A DNA stretch of 64,000 nucleotides from Gammaproteobacteria bacterium (GCA_036381015.1 DASVDR010000046.1:1721-65720); one strand, 5' to 3'. Shown: positions 9,955 to 19,931, numbered from the stretch's first letter. Numbers and translations: made by a program. The notes: generated by a model not told the origin, from the letters alone.

Positions 9955-11601
9955 TTACACGAGTCGATGCCGAAACGCGTACGCGGTGGCCGCCGCGCGC
10001 GACGGCACGCCGAGCTTCGCGAAGATGTTGCTGACGTGGCGATCCACTGTCTTCTCGCTGAGCGCGAGCTCGGCCGCGATCTGCCGGTTCGTGCGCCCCG
10101 TCGCGACGAGCCGCAGCACCTCGAGCTCGCGCGGCGTGAGACCGCCCGCGGCGTCGCGCGGCCCATGAGGACGCGCGCGCAAGGCATCGGCGTGCGCGAG
10201 ATCCGGCCGCGCCTCGAGACGCTCGAACGCCGCCCGCGCCGACTCGAGCTCGAGCGCGGCGCCGTCCTCGTCGCCGAGCGCGCGACAGGCGAGCGCGATC
10301 GACACACGTGCTCGCGCCGCGAGATACGGCGCGCCGAGCTCCTGCCAAAGGCCGAGCGCGCGGCGCAGCGACGCGAGCGCCGCGTACGCGTCACTTTCGA
10401 CGAGCTCGATCTCGCCGCGCATGTGCGCCGCCGTTGCGGCGATGAGCTCCGTGTCGAAGCGGGCCGCGATGCCGGCGAGCTCGTCGCCGGCCGCGCGTGC
10501 GGCGGCAACGTCGCCGGTCGCGATCATGATCTCGACGTAGGCCGGCAAGACTTTGACGCGCTCGAGCGGCTCCTGCGTCGCGCCGACGACACGCCTGATC
10601 GCCGCAGCCGCCATCCGCGCTCGCCCTTGCGCGAGCCGCAGCAACGCGAGCCCCGGCTGCGGCTCGTAGCCGTAGCGGCTCGCGTCGCGGTAGGCGTCCT
10701 CGGCCTCGCGGAGCTCGCCCCGCAGGCGATGGATCTCTGCCATCTCGTAGAACGCCGTCGCGGTCGAGCGAGCATCACGCTCGGGATCCCGACGCGTCGC
10801 GCGCTCGGCCTCGGCGAGCGCCTCGCACCACGCGCCCTGAAGCCGCAGAACCTCGGCTCGATGCACGAGACAGGACGCCGAGAACGCGACCATCTCCGGT
10901 TGCTGCCCGCACCACTCCGCGAGCGCAGACGTCCATTCGCGAGCGCGGCCGGCCGCGCAGATTTCCCGGCAAGCCTCGATCACCGCGCAATACATCAGTC
11001 CCGTCACGATCGGTGAGTGCGCCTGCGTCGTGACCGCGAGCATCACCTCGTCGAGCCGCGCGAGGCCGCGCGCGACGTCGCCTTGCCGCAGCAGGATACG
11101 CCCCTGGTCGAGCCGCGAGCACGTCAAGAGCTCGACGTCGGCGAATTGCTCGGCGATCGCGGCGATCTCGTCCGCGAGCGCCGCGGCCTTGTCGAGCTCG
11201 CCGCCGCGGACCGCCTGCTCCACGGCGGGCAACAGCAGGTAGCCGCGCTCGGCGCACGCGCGAGCCTCCGACTCCACGAGACGCTCGGCGCGCGCGAACC
11301 AGCCGTTAGCGCGACCGCCTTCGCCGCGAAAGAGCAGCCGCAGGCCGAGCCAGAATGCGCAGCGCACGCTCTGTAGGCGTCGGCCCTGATTCAGATGCGC
11401 GTGATGGGCGCGCTCGAGCGCGGCGAGATAGTCATCGTCGCGGCCGGCGAGATACGCAGCCTGGGCGAATCGCTCGAGATCCTCCGCGCAGAGCTCACAG
11501 GCGCGGTCCGCGCTCTGGAAGGCGTTGAAGGCGAGCGCCCACGCCCGCCGCTCGTGATGCCGGCGGGCTTGCTCGAGGTCGGAGGCGGGTGCGGCCTCCA
11601 T
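9955..11601 (-). CDS. LuxR-family transcriptional regulator with large N-terminal helical-repeat (TPR-like) domain
   Basis: C-terminal LuxR HTH LTPRELEVLRLVATGRTNRQIAAELALSEKTVDRHVSNIFAKLGV. The N-terminal ~480 aa are Ala/Leu/Arg-rich helical repeats with no Walker motif seen. Start taken at MEAAPASDLE (ATG 11601). Confidence 0.8.
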   Translation of the reverse strand: MEAAPASDLEQARRHHERRAWALAFNAFQSADRACELCAEDLERFAQAAYLAGRDDDYLAALERAHHAHLNQGRRLQSVRCAFWLGLRLLFRGEGGRANGWFARAERLVESEARACAERGYLLLPAVEQAVRGGELDKAAALADEIAAIAEQFADVELLTCSRLDQGRILLRQGDVARGLARLDEVMLAVTTQAHSPIVTGLMYCAVIEACREICAAGRAREWTSALAEWCGQQPEMVAFSASCLVHRAEVLRLQGAWCEALAEAERATRRDPERDARSTATAFYEMAEIHRLRGELREAEDAYRDASRYGYEPQPGLALLRLAQGRARMAAAAIRRVVGATQEPLERVKVLPAYVEIMIATGDVAAARAAGDELAGIAARFDTELIAATAAHMRGEIELVESDAYAALASLRRALGLWQELGAPYLAARARVSIALACRALGDEDGAALELESARAAFERLEARPDLAHADALRARPHGPRDAAGGLTPRELEVLRLVATGRTNRQIAAELALSEKTVDRHVSNIFAKLGVPSRAAATAYAFRHRLV

Positions 11602-11688
11602 AAGCAGATCCTTTCGATGCGGTCGCCAACTCGTGTATAGCTTCCTGCGCTCCGGAAAACAACTTGGAGCGGAGGGACTGAATCCTCG

Positions 11689-12246
11689 ATGATCCATTCG
11701 CTCGATGGAATCGAGCGCCCAGTCGTAGACCGCACCGGCCAGATGGAGCTACCGATGAGAAACGAGCCCTCCAGCCCACTCTTCACCCTTTCTCCGTCAT
11801 TGCGGAAGGTGGTCCTGACGGCCCACATCGCCGTCTCTGTCGGACTCCTCGGCGACTCGGCCGGATATCTCGCAGTGGCCATCCGAGCGGCGGCGGCCGG
11901 CGACCCGACGGTCGCCGAAGTTTCGTACCAAACGCTCCGGATGTTCGCTTTCATGTTCGGTATTCCGCTCAGCTTCGCTGCATTGTTGACGGGGCTGCTG
12001 CTGGGCGTCGGTACCAGGTGGGGCGTGTTGCGATACCCATGGGTGATCGCCAAACTCCTTTTGATCGTCTCCGTTATTGCCGTCGGGGCGCTGGTACTCA
12101 AAGGCGGGATGGACGCGATGCTGACCGGACGCGGCGGGGCCGAGGGACGGTTGATCGCTGGGGCGGCCTACGACGTCGTCGCGCTCATGGTCGCCACTGC
12201 GCTCGCGGTGTTCAAGCCGGGGAAACGATTGGCGCAGAAGCAATGA
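11689..12246 (+). CDS. Integral membrane protein, about 4 TM helices, family not recognised
   Basis: Hydrophobic segments VVLTAHIAVSVGLLG, FAFMFGIPLSFAALLTGLLLGV, PWVIAKLLLIVSVIAVGALVL, AAYDVVALMVATALAVF. Start ambiguous (11689, 11743 or 11755). Confidence 0.55.
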   Translation: MIHSLDGIERPVVDRTGQMELPMRNEPSSPLFTLSPSLRKVVLTAHIAVSVGLLGDSAGYLAVAIRAAAAGDPTVAEVSYQTLRMFAFMFGIPLSFAALLTGLLLGVGTRWGVLRYPWVIAKLLLIVSVIAVGALVLKGGMDAMLTGRGGAEGRLIAGAAYDVVALMVATALAVFKPGKRLAQKQ

Positions 12247-12359
12247 TCGGCCGCGCTCGGACGCAAATTCAGATACCCGGCGGCGATCGCATTGGCAAGC
12301 CGCGCGGTAAGCTCGCCATAACAGTGAGTGGATAATGCGCCGGTTGACGATACGGCAAA

Positions 12360-13352
12360 ATGAAGGTTCTGATCACAGGCAGCGCGGGGCATCTCGGGGA
12401 AGCGCTCGTCCGGACGCTACGAGAGGCGGGCCACGACCCGATCGGGCTCGACATTCAGCCCTCGCCGTTCACGAGCGTCGTCGGGTCGTTCACGGACCCC
12501 GAGGTAGCGGACGACGCGATTCGAGGCGTGGAGGCGGTGCTTCACGCCGCGGCGCTCCACAAGCCGCACGTTGTGACGCACAGCCGGCGAGAGTTCGTCG
12601 ACACGAACGTCATTGGAACGCTCAACCTGCTCGAAGCCGGCGTCGCTCACGGGCTGAAGGCGTTCGTCTATACGAGCACGACGAGCGTCTTCGGCCGCGC
12701 GCTCACGCCCGCCGCCGGCGAGCCGACAGCCTGGATAACGGAGGACGTCGTACCGCTCCCGAAGAACATCTACGGCGTCACGAAGAAGGCGGCGGAAGAT
12801 CTGTGCGAGCTTTTTCACCGCAAGCACGGGTTGCCTTGTGTCATATTGCGAACGTCGCGCTTCTTCCCTGACGAGGACGACCAGGCCGCGATACGAAACG
12901 CGTACGACGACCGAAACGTCAAGGCCAACGAGTACCTTTACCGGCGTATCGACCTCGAAGACGTCGTTTCGGCTCACCTGCGCGCGCTCGAGCGCGCAAC
13001 CTCCCTCGGATTCGGCTGCTACATCGTCAGCGCGACGACGCCGTTCGTTCCGGACGACGCGGCGCAGCTCAGAACGGATGCGCCCGCCGTGCTCAAGCGG
13101 CTGTTCCCATCGTACGAAGCGGAGTACGAACGCCGAGGCTGGAGGATGTTCCGGAGCATCGATCGCATCTACTCGAACACGCGAGCGCGGCGCGAGCTCG
13201 AATGGGAGCCTCGCTGGAGCTTCGCGTACGTTCTCGAACGGCTGCGAGCGGATGAAGACATCGCGAGCGCGCTCGCGCGGACCGTCGGCTTCAAGGGCTA
13301 CCATGCCGGGAAGTTTGCCGGACGGATGTATCCAACCGATCCCGCCGAATGA
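12360..13352 (+). CDS. NAD-dependent epimerase/dehydratase family protein (extended SDR)
   Basis: Rossmann motif MKVLITGSAGHLGEAL, YTSTTSVFG, and catalytic YGVTKKAAE (YxxxK). Confidence 0.9.
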   Translation: MKVLITGSAGHLGEALVRTLREAGHDPIGLDIQPSPFTSVVGSFTDPEVADDAIRGVEAVLHAAALHKPHVVTHSRREFVDTNVIGTLNLLEAGVAHGLKAFVYTSTTSVFGRALTPAAGEPTAWITEDVVPLPKNIYGVTKKAAEDLCELFHRKHGLPCVILRTSRFFPDEDDQAAIRNAYDDRNVKANEYLYRRIDLEDVVSAHLRALERATSLGFGCYIVSATTPFVPDDAAQLRTDAPAVLKRLFPSYEAEYERRGWRMFRSIDRIYSNTRARRELEWEPRWSFAYVLERLRADEDIASALARTVGFKGYHAGKFAGRMYPTDPAE

Positions 13353-13583
13353 GCGCTCTCGCACTCGGCCTCGAGCTCGGACGTCTGACGACGCGACGAG
13401 TAAAATCGGCGGACCGGGCCGGGGGTCCGGAGCCGGCGTTCCTCGCGATACTCACGAGCCGCCCGGCGGCCGACTACAAGGGCATCACGCCACCGTGGAA
13501 CGATTGGCGTACAGTGCAGGAGCAGTGCCGGTCCGTAGCCAGGGCCTTGCTCGAGACCTAACGACTCACCAGGGGGACGAACG

Positions 13584-14678
13584 ATGACGAATTCTACGCA
13601 AGCCATGAAGCGGCTAAATGTGGTTGCGCTCGCTGCGGCGTCGCTGCTCGTAGCAGCGCTCGGCGCCGTCGCCACGGCGGCCTTCGCGCAGGAGGAGTCG
13701 GCGACGGATGCCGCGGCGCGGGCGGCCGAAGCCGTCGGGTGGGTGATCGGGGAAGGCCGGCGCGACAGCCGGGAATGGGCCGCCGAGAAACAGCGGCTCC
13801 AGCAGCTCGGTGAGCGGTTCGATTCCGCCGAAGCCCTCTATCGACACTTCAGGGAAGAAGCGGGCAACATCACGCCGCTCACCTATCGGGATCTCCTCGA
13901 GCACGCGGAGCTCTACGATTGGCGCGGGATATGGACCCGGGCCAGCGGCGGTCTTCAGTACGACCCCGACGTGCGGCCCGGTGAAGAGAACACGGCGCAG
14001 CTTACGCCGGCGGGGCAGGCGGCCGTGGCGGCCAAGATCCGGCAGCTTTCGACGACGGGCGGCGAGTACGATCCGATCAGCGATTGCCGCCCGCCGGGCG
14101 TGCCGCGCTGGCTGACGGAGCCTTTCTTGAGGGAATTCACGGTCGCGCCGCATCAAACCTGGCTGATCAACGAGATGGTCAACGATATCCGGCGCGTGTA
14201 TACCGACGGCCGCGAGCACACGGCGCCCGAGGACGCCTATCCTTCCTGGAACGGCGACTCGGTCGGCTTCTGGGACGACGGCACGCTGATCTTCTCGACG
14301 AAGTACCTGATGGAAGGCCAGTATCAACGCGGGACGATGCCGAATTATTCCTTCGAGGTGGAGACGGTCGAGCGCTGGCGCAGGACCGGGGAGGACCTGA
14401 TCGAGGCGGACGTTTGGGTGTACGACCCGGTCAATCTGGCCGAGCCGTGGTATACGAGGCAGGCTTACACGCGGCTTTCGAACGAAGACGGCTTCCTCCG
14501 CATCCGTTATTGGGATTGCCGCGAGAATCCGAACAACGACATCATCGTCACCGACGACGGGACCAGCCAATTTCCCGATTTCACATTCGTCGACGACGAC
14601 GCGGAGGTCAGCGACGACCCGAACGTCACGGCCCGGGGCAGCGATTTGAATACGGAAGCGCCGGCGAGCGTCGAGTGA
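13584..14678 (+). CDS. Exported protein, 'P-domain' paralog 1 (uncharacterised family, see findings)
   Basis: Signal peptide (MKRLNVVALAAASLLVAALGAVATAAFAQE). The C-terminal ~230 aa align by eye with four other ORFs in the window (DPISDCRPPGVPRW; RRVYTDGREHTAPEDAYPSWNGDSVGFWDDGTLIFST; VYDPVNLAEPWY; second Cys in YWDCRENP). Confidence 0.7.
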   Translation: MTNSTQAMKRLNVVALAAASLLVAALGAVATAAFAQEESATDAAARAAEAVGWVIGEGRRDSREWAAEKQRLQQLGERFDSAEALYRHFREEAGNITPLTYRDLLEHAELYDWRGIWTRASGGLQYDPDVRPGEENTAQLTPAGQAAVAAKIRQLSTTGGEYDPISDCRPPGVPRWLTEPFLREFTVAPHQTWLINEMVNDIRRVYTDGREHTAPEDAYPSWNGDSVGFWDDGTLIFSTKYLMEGQYQRGTMPNYSFEVETVERWRRTGEDLIEADVWVYDPVNLAEPWYTRQAYTRLSNEDGFLRIRYWDCRENPNNDIIVTDDGTSQFPDFTFVDDDAEVSDDPNVTARGSDLNTEAPASVE

Positions 14679-15009
14679 CTCGAAGGATTCCTCGCGTGCG
14701 CGCTCGCTCGTCGAGGGCCGCGGGCTTCCACCCGCGCACGACGAGCGCAGCGAGCCGGGCGTCAAGGACGGCGGTTCGGGCCGAGTCACTCGTCCCGCAA
14801 TCCCGCAATCGGGACGACGTGCCCGCCTCCGGGACGACGCGGTTGCCCTGAAGGACGGACAAAAGCGGAGCGGCGCCCTCCAGTCAACACCTTACGCGCC
14901 GGTCGGCCGGGTGGCACGCCCGTTGCTCGGACGCCGTATCGATCGGTGAGAGCCGACGTTCGCCCACAAGAGTTGCAGCGCCGATCGGGCGCCTGACGAG
15001 GTTGCGGTC

Positions 15010-17529
15010 ATGGCCATGAATCCTTTCCGACCGACGGCGCGGGTGCGCGCGATCATCCGCGCCGGATCGGCGTCCGACGCCGACGGCGAGCGCCGCGACA
15101 CGCGCGGCGCGGGCTGGTTCGATGCGGTGATGCGAGACCTCGTATACGCCTGCCGCTCGCTGCGCAGCGCGCCGCTCGTGGCCCTTACGGTCGTGACGAC
15201 GGTCGGGCTCGGCCTCGGGCTCGTGGCCGCCGTGTTCACGATCTTCAACGCGGTGATCTTTCGCGTGGACGAGGTGCGCAATCCGCAGGAGCTGTTCGCG
15301 GTGACGCGCCAGGCCCCGGCCGACTCAGCACCCGAGAAATTCACTCGCGAGCAGTACGAAGCGCTCCTCCGCGAGACGGACGCGTTCGTCGATGCGTTCG
15401 CGCTCGGCCCCGAAGTCGATCGAATCATCGACGGTCAGAGGATCGAGGGGCAGCTGGTCTCGGGAAACTTCTTTCAGGTCCTCGGCGTGAGCGCCGCCCG
15501 TGGACGCACTCTCGTCCCGGCGGACGACGAGACGGGCAACGATCACGTGATCGTTCTCAGCGGTCGCGCGTGGTCGCGGTACTTTGCGAGCGATCCCGGC
15601 GTTCTGAACCGCACGATCGACGTGAATGGCGTGCCGTTTCAGATCGTCGGCGTGATGCCGGAAGGCTTTCGGGGACTCGCGTTCGCGCCGCCGGACTTCT
15701 GGGCGCCGCTCTCGCTCCTCGGCGAGCTCCGGCCCAACAGCGACTCCGGCGAGCCCACCCTCGGCATCGTCGGGCGGCTCGCGCCCGGTCTGACCCGCGG
15801 CCAGGCGCTTGCGCAGCTCGTCGCGTGGGACGTGCGCCGGGCCGTGGAGACTTCCGGCGAGCGGCCGGACGCGAACCTCGTGCTCGAGCCGCGGCAGGGC
15901 ACGGTGCCGCTCTCGGCCGAGGCGATCGTGCTGTTCATGCCGCTCTTCTTCGCGTTCGGTCTGATCCTCATGATCGGCTGCGCGAACGTCGCCAACCTGC
16001 TGCTCGCCCGAGCCGTCGCCCGCCGGCGCGAAATCGGCATTCGCCTTGCAATCGGCGCCACGCGGCGCCGGATCATTGCGCAATTGCTCACCGAGAGCCT
16101 GCTGCTCGCGCTCGTGTCCGCCGCGCTCGGCTTCGGCGTTTCACGGCTGGTCCTCGAAGCCGTCGTCTACTACGTCACGACCGCCTGGGCGAATCTCGGC
16201 GACATTCGCCTCGTCGTGCCGCCGGCGGACTGGCGCGTCGCGCTGTTCCTCGTGATCGCCGCCCTTGCATCGACCCTGTTCTTCGCGCTCGCGCCCGCAC
16301 TTCAAGCCACGCGCTTCGATCTCGTGCGGCCGATGCATGGCGAGGCCGCCGCGGGCGAAGGCAGACCCGGCCGCGCTCGAAACGCGCTCGTCGCTCTCCA
16401 GGTGACCGGATCCGTGCTGCTCTTCGTCACCGCGGCGGTCTTCCTGCGCAGCAGCTGGGTAGCGGCGTCGCTGGACCCCGGTATCCGCACGACCGACACC
16501 GTGTTCGTGAACGTCGCGAGCGAGCGGCGGGGCGCGATGCTCGACGCGGTGAGGAGCGAGCCGTCCGTTGCGTCGGTTGCCGCCGCGACGCCGTTCTCGC
16601 TGAGCGCTGCGGCGCAGGGCGCAGTCGTCAAGCCGAACGCCGCGTACCGGTTCGTGTCGCCGAATTACTTCGAGGTCCTCGGCATCGAAATCGCGCGAGG
16701 ACGCGGCTTCGCGCCGACGGAGACGAGCTCGGCCGCCGCGGTCGCCGTGGTTTCGGAAAGCGCCGCGGAACAGCTATGGCCGGGTCTCGACGCGATCGGA
16801 CAACTCCTGCGGCTCGACCCCGGCCCGGAACAAGACGCGGCGGAACGGGAAGACGCGCCGCTTCTCCCGCGCACGGCCGTCGTCGTCGGCGTCGCGCGCG
16901 ACGTGCCGGGCTTTCGGCTCGCCGGCCAGAGCGTGTTGGCGGGACCCGATGTCTACCTGCCGATCGCCGCCGAGGCTGCCGGAACCTCGCTTGCGTTGCG
17001 CGTGCGCGGCAATCCGTCCGAGGTGAGCCGCCGGCTCCTCGCACGGCTAGAGACCGTGGAGGCCGGCGCGGCCGAGATCATCCCGCTGCGCGAGCTCTCG
17101 CGTATGGAAGCCGAGCTTCTCGCGATTCCGTTCTGGATCACGTTCGCGCTCGGCGCGCTCGCGCTCTTTTTGACCTTGTCGGGACTCTTCAGCGTGCTTT
17201 CGTATCTCGTCGAGCGACGCAGGCGGGAGATCGGCGTGCGGATGGCGCTCGGGGCGACGCGGCGAGGCATCGGTGCGCTCGTGTTGGCGCAAACGGCTCG
17301 GCCCGTCGCGGTCGGGCTGCTCCTCGGCAGCAGCTTCCCGGCCGCGGTCGGCGCCGCGCTGCTGGCGACGCCCCTCGCCGAGCAGATCGGGCAGACGGTG
17401 CGTCTCTTGGATCCGCTGGCCTACGCTGCCGGCTTGCTGTGCGTCGTCACGGCATGCGCCTTTGCGGCGCTCGTCCCGGTGCTGCGCGCGGGACGCGTCG
17501 ATCCGATCGCGGCGCTGAGGCAGGATTGA
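15010..17529 (+). CDS. Duplicated FtsX/MacB-type ABC transporter permease (ADOP-like architecture), no adjacent ATPase
   Basis: 839-aa ORF. DLVYACRSLRSAPLVALTVVTTVGLGLG N-terminal TM followed by a large periplasmic domain. Two FtsX modules are present (REIGIRLAIGATRRRI and REIGVRMALGATRRGI). Confidence 0.85.
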   Translation: MAMNPFRPTARVRAIIRAGSASDADGERRDTRGAGWFDAVMRDLVYACRSLRSAPLVALTVVTTVGLGLGLVAAVFTIFNAVIFRVDEVRNPQELFAVTRQAPADSAPEKFTREQYEALLRETDAFVDAFALGPEVDRIIDGQRIEGQLVSGNFFQVLGVSAARGRTLVPADDETGNDHVIVLSGRAWSRYFASDPGVLNRTIDVNGVPFQIVGVMPEGFRGLAFAPPDFWAPLSLLGELRPNSDSGEPTLGIVGRLAPGLTRGQALAQLVAWDVRRAVETSGERPDANLVLEPRQGTVPLSAEAIVLFMPLFFAFGLILMIGCANVANLLLARAVARRREIGIRLAIGATRRRIIAQLLTESLLLALVSAALGFGVSRLVLEAVVYYVTTAWANLGDIRLVVPPADWRVALFLVIAALASTLFFALAPALQATRFDLVRPMHGEAAAGEGRPGRARNALVALQVTGSVLLFVTAAVFLRSSWVAASLDPGIRTTDTVFVNVASERRGAMLDAVRSEPSVASVAAATPFSLSAAAQGAVVKPNAAYRFVSPNYFEVLGIEIARGRGFAPTETSSAAAVAVVSESAAEQLWPGLDAIGQLLRLDPGPEQDAAEREDAPLLPRTAVVVGVARDVPGFRLAGQSVLAGPDVYLPIAAEAAGTSLALRVRGNPSEVSRRLLARLETVEAGAAEIIPLRELSRMEAELLAIPFWITFALGALALFLTLSGLFSVLSYLVERRRREIGVRMALGATRRGIGALVLAQTARPVAVGLLLGSSFPAAVGAALLATPLAEQIGQTVRLLDPLAYAAGLLCVVTACAFAALVPVLRAGRVDPIAALRQD

Positions 17530-17577
17530 GGATACCGGCGAGGCAGCTCGCCTCGCGCGCGGAAATGCAGACACGGG

Positions 17578-18564
17578 TCAGAATGCGCGGACCGGGCGCA
17601 CGACCACCGTGGCAAGGGATTTCGACACCAGCACCGCTCCGCCGCCCCCGGCGAAGTCGATCGCTACGGCGGAGTTCTCGTCAAGCTCGGTGGAGCTCGC
17701 GTAGGACATCACGGCGAAGCCGTGCTCGTCGCGGAAGTTCGTGTGCGTCGCGAGGTTGTCGTGCATCGCCTCGAGCTCGTCCCGAGAAGGCAGGAACCAG
17801 TCGTCGTACCCGTTGATCTCGGCCGCGGCCGCAATCCGGGCCGGCGCGCTGCATCCCGGGTCGGCCAGAATCGCAGTGTTGTCGGAACCCGCGCCGATTG
17901 CGGCCGCTGTCGCGCCGACGAGCGTGCCAGCGCAGCCCCACGTTTCCCAGGGATCGGGTTCGCCGGCATTCCACTGCCGGGGCGCGGCCTCGAGGTATCG
18001 CCATCCGCCCGCGTCGTCGCCCTTGTCGTAGAACACGATGCCGCCGGCCGGGCCCCTGTCGCCAATCGAATAGACCTTTCGCACCAGGCGCACGTACGCG
18101 CCCGCTTCGTGCTTGAAAGGCAGCGCCGCGCCGATGTCGAAGCGAACGACCCACGCGAGCCCCGGCAGGCCGGCGTACGGCGTGCCGGTCCAGACCGCGC
18201 TCGAGCCGGCCGGGAAAACCATCGTGTTCAGCGACGGCCCGGCGCGGCAGAATTCGACGAGGCTCGCGAGCTCGGCCCGGTTCGGCAGCCGCCAGTCCTG
18301 ATAACCGGCGAGCGCGGCCGTGGCCGCCGCCTGCAACGCCTGATCCCACGGCATCACGGTCGGTGTGCCGGCACAAAGCTCGCCACTCTGGCCGATCAGA
18401 CAGCGGCTCCACATCAACCGCGTGCGTTCGTGCGTGACGGTGCCGTCGCCGTGGATCTCGAACTCGTCTAACGGCGTCGTCACCGGGATCTGCGCGTTGT
18501 CGCAAAAGTCGGCTGCGCCGGCGGCGGCGGGTAGAAGCAAGGAAAGGATCCATCCGTAACGCAT
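17578..18564 (-). CDS. Secreted protein with two DUF1566 (Lcl C-terminal)-like modules
   Basis: Signal peptide MRYGWILSLLLPAAAGAAD. Family-typical motifs LMWSRC ... WRLPNRAELASLV and WFLPSRDELEAM. ATG at 18564, with a GTG one codon upstream. Confidence 0.8.
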   Translation of the reverse strand: MRYGWILSLLLPAAAGAADFCDNAQIPVTTPLDEFEIHGDGTVTHERTRLMWSRCLIGQSGELCAGTPTVMPWDQALQAAATAALAGYQDWRLPNRAELASLVEFCRAGPSLNTMVFPAGSSAVWTGTPYAGLPGLAWVVRFDIGAALPFKHEAGAYVRLVRKVYSIGDRGPAGGIVFYDKGDDAGGWRYLEAAPRQWNAGEPDPWETWGCAGTLVGATAAAIGAGSDNTAILADPGCSAPARIAAAAEINGYDDWFLPSRDELEAMHDNLATHTNFRDEHGFAVMSYASSTELDENSAVAIDFAGGGGAVLVSKSLATVVVRPVRAF

Positions 18565-18583
18565 CACGATCGGCCTCCGGCGC

Positions 18584-19714
18584 TCAGTCGTCGGCGCGCA
18601 CCAGCCGCACGTGCGCGGCGTAATTTTTCGCGGGGTTCACCAGCTGGCCGTCCGTGAAGTCGATGCTCCACGCGATATTGGCGTCCGGCGCGAAAGCCGT
18701 AGCGGTCCAGTAGAGCGGGTCGCTCGAAGGCACGTCCGGGAAGTAGTCGATGTCGACGGCCGGCGAGACCCGGCCATGGTGCACGATCGACGCGAGCTCG
18801 GCCGCAGTCGGCATGCGCCAGTCGTCGAACCCGCAGAGTCCTTCGTCGTTCACGGCGTCCACATAGGCTTGCGTGTCGCATGCGGAGCCGCTGCAGACGC
18901 CGCCGTTCGGAACACCCGCCTGGCCGCCGTTGCGCTCGGCATCCGGCAAGTACCACGAGTACGTGTGGCCGCGATGGCGCGCCGTGCCGGGCGCGTCCGG
19001 CCGGATCTCCCAGAGCAGGCCCGTCACATGATCGAGCGTGCAGGCCCAATCGGCCTCGTTCGAGCCGAGCGCCGCATCGGGCGGCAGCGCGATGCCCGCG
19101 TGGGACACCTTCGTGAAGTCGAAACCGGCCGCGCCCGCCCCTTGCTTGCTCAGAGCACCGCGGCGGGCGGCCGCGTCGCGGCCCCAGTCGCCGTCTTGGC
19201 CCGGGTAGCTCGGATGCGGGCAGTCGAGCGCGAGATCGACGGCGTCGGCGCACCGGTCGAAACCGGAGTCGTTCAGCATGCCGGATGCGGCGTTCGCGAT
19301 CCTGTCCGGCAACGTCACCGCTTTCGTCGCGCTCGGCACGCCTTCTTCGCCGTCCGCAAAGGCGGTCACGATGAAGTAGTACGTCGCGCCGTGCGTCAAG
19401 CCCGTGACGGTGTGCGGGCTCGAGACGTTCTGAAGCCACACGCCGCCTTCGTAGGCCGCGTAGTCGTCCGGCGTGAGATCCGGGTCCTCGGCGTAATAGA
19501 TGTGATGACCCTCGGCGTTCGGCACCTCGCTCCAGACGACCGTCACGCTGCCGTGGCCGGCGGTCAGCGTCACGTCTTCCGGTGCCGCGAGCTCGGGCTC
19601 GTTCGGGGACTCGCCCGGGTCCGTGGGCGAATTCCCGCTCGGCGCCCCTCCGCTGCCGCCTCCGCCGCAGCCGGCGAGACTCGCCGCGGCGAGCCCGAGC
19701 CAGAGCTTGCGCAC
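18584..19714 (-). CDS. Lipoprotein with FN3-like domain + DUF1566-like domain
   Basis: Lipobox LAAASLAGC after a GTG at 19714 (the ORF track extends to 19828). FN3-like segment APEDVTLTAGHGSVTVVWSEVPNAEGHHIYY ... ATYYFIVTAF. DUF1566-type LLWEI ... WRMPTAAELASIV. Confidence 0.75.
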   Translation of the reverse strand: MRKLWLGLAAASLAGCGGGGSGGAPSGNSPTDPGESPNEPELAAPEDVTLTAGHGSVTVVWSEVPNAEGHHIYYAEDPDLTPDDYAAYEGGVWLQNVSSPHTVTGLTHGATYYFIVTAFADGEEGVPSATKAVTLPDRIANAASGMLNDSGFDRCADAVDLALDCPHPSYPGQDGDWGRDAAARRGALSKQGAGAAGFDFTKVSHAGIALPPDAALGSNEADWACTLDHVTGLLWEIRPDAPGTARHRGHTYSWYLPDAERNGGQAGVPNGGVCSGSACDTQAYVDAVNDEGLCGFDDWRMPTAAELASIVHHGRVSPAVDIDYFPDVPSSDPLYWTATAFAPDANIAWSIDFTDGQLVNPAKNYAAHVRLVRADD

Positions 19715-19905
19715 GGTATGGCTCCCCGACGGAACCGCTGCCGTCACGCCGCCTCCTTGCAGTGCCTTTTCGCAGGTTCGCGCGCGGGCAGCGATCGGCC
19801 CGCGCATGGCCAGTGACAGTAGGCGCAAGCGGTGCTGCGCGCGACGAAACGAGTCACACGCCTTGCACGAAAATCCGCATTCGTGGCCGGGCTGTCGCGG
19901 CCCCT

Positions 19906-19931
19906 ATTGCGTCCATGATCGTGGACGCAAT
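19906..19931. repeat. Perfect 10-bp inverted repeat with 6-nt spacer (ATTGCGTCCA-TGATCG-TGGACGCAAT)
   Basis: Read directly. Lies in the AT-richer divergent intergenic region between the FN3/DUF1566 lipoprotein gene and hipB. Confidence 0.8.
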
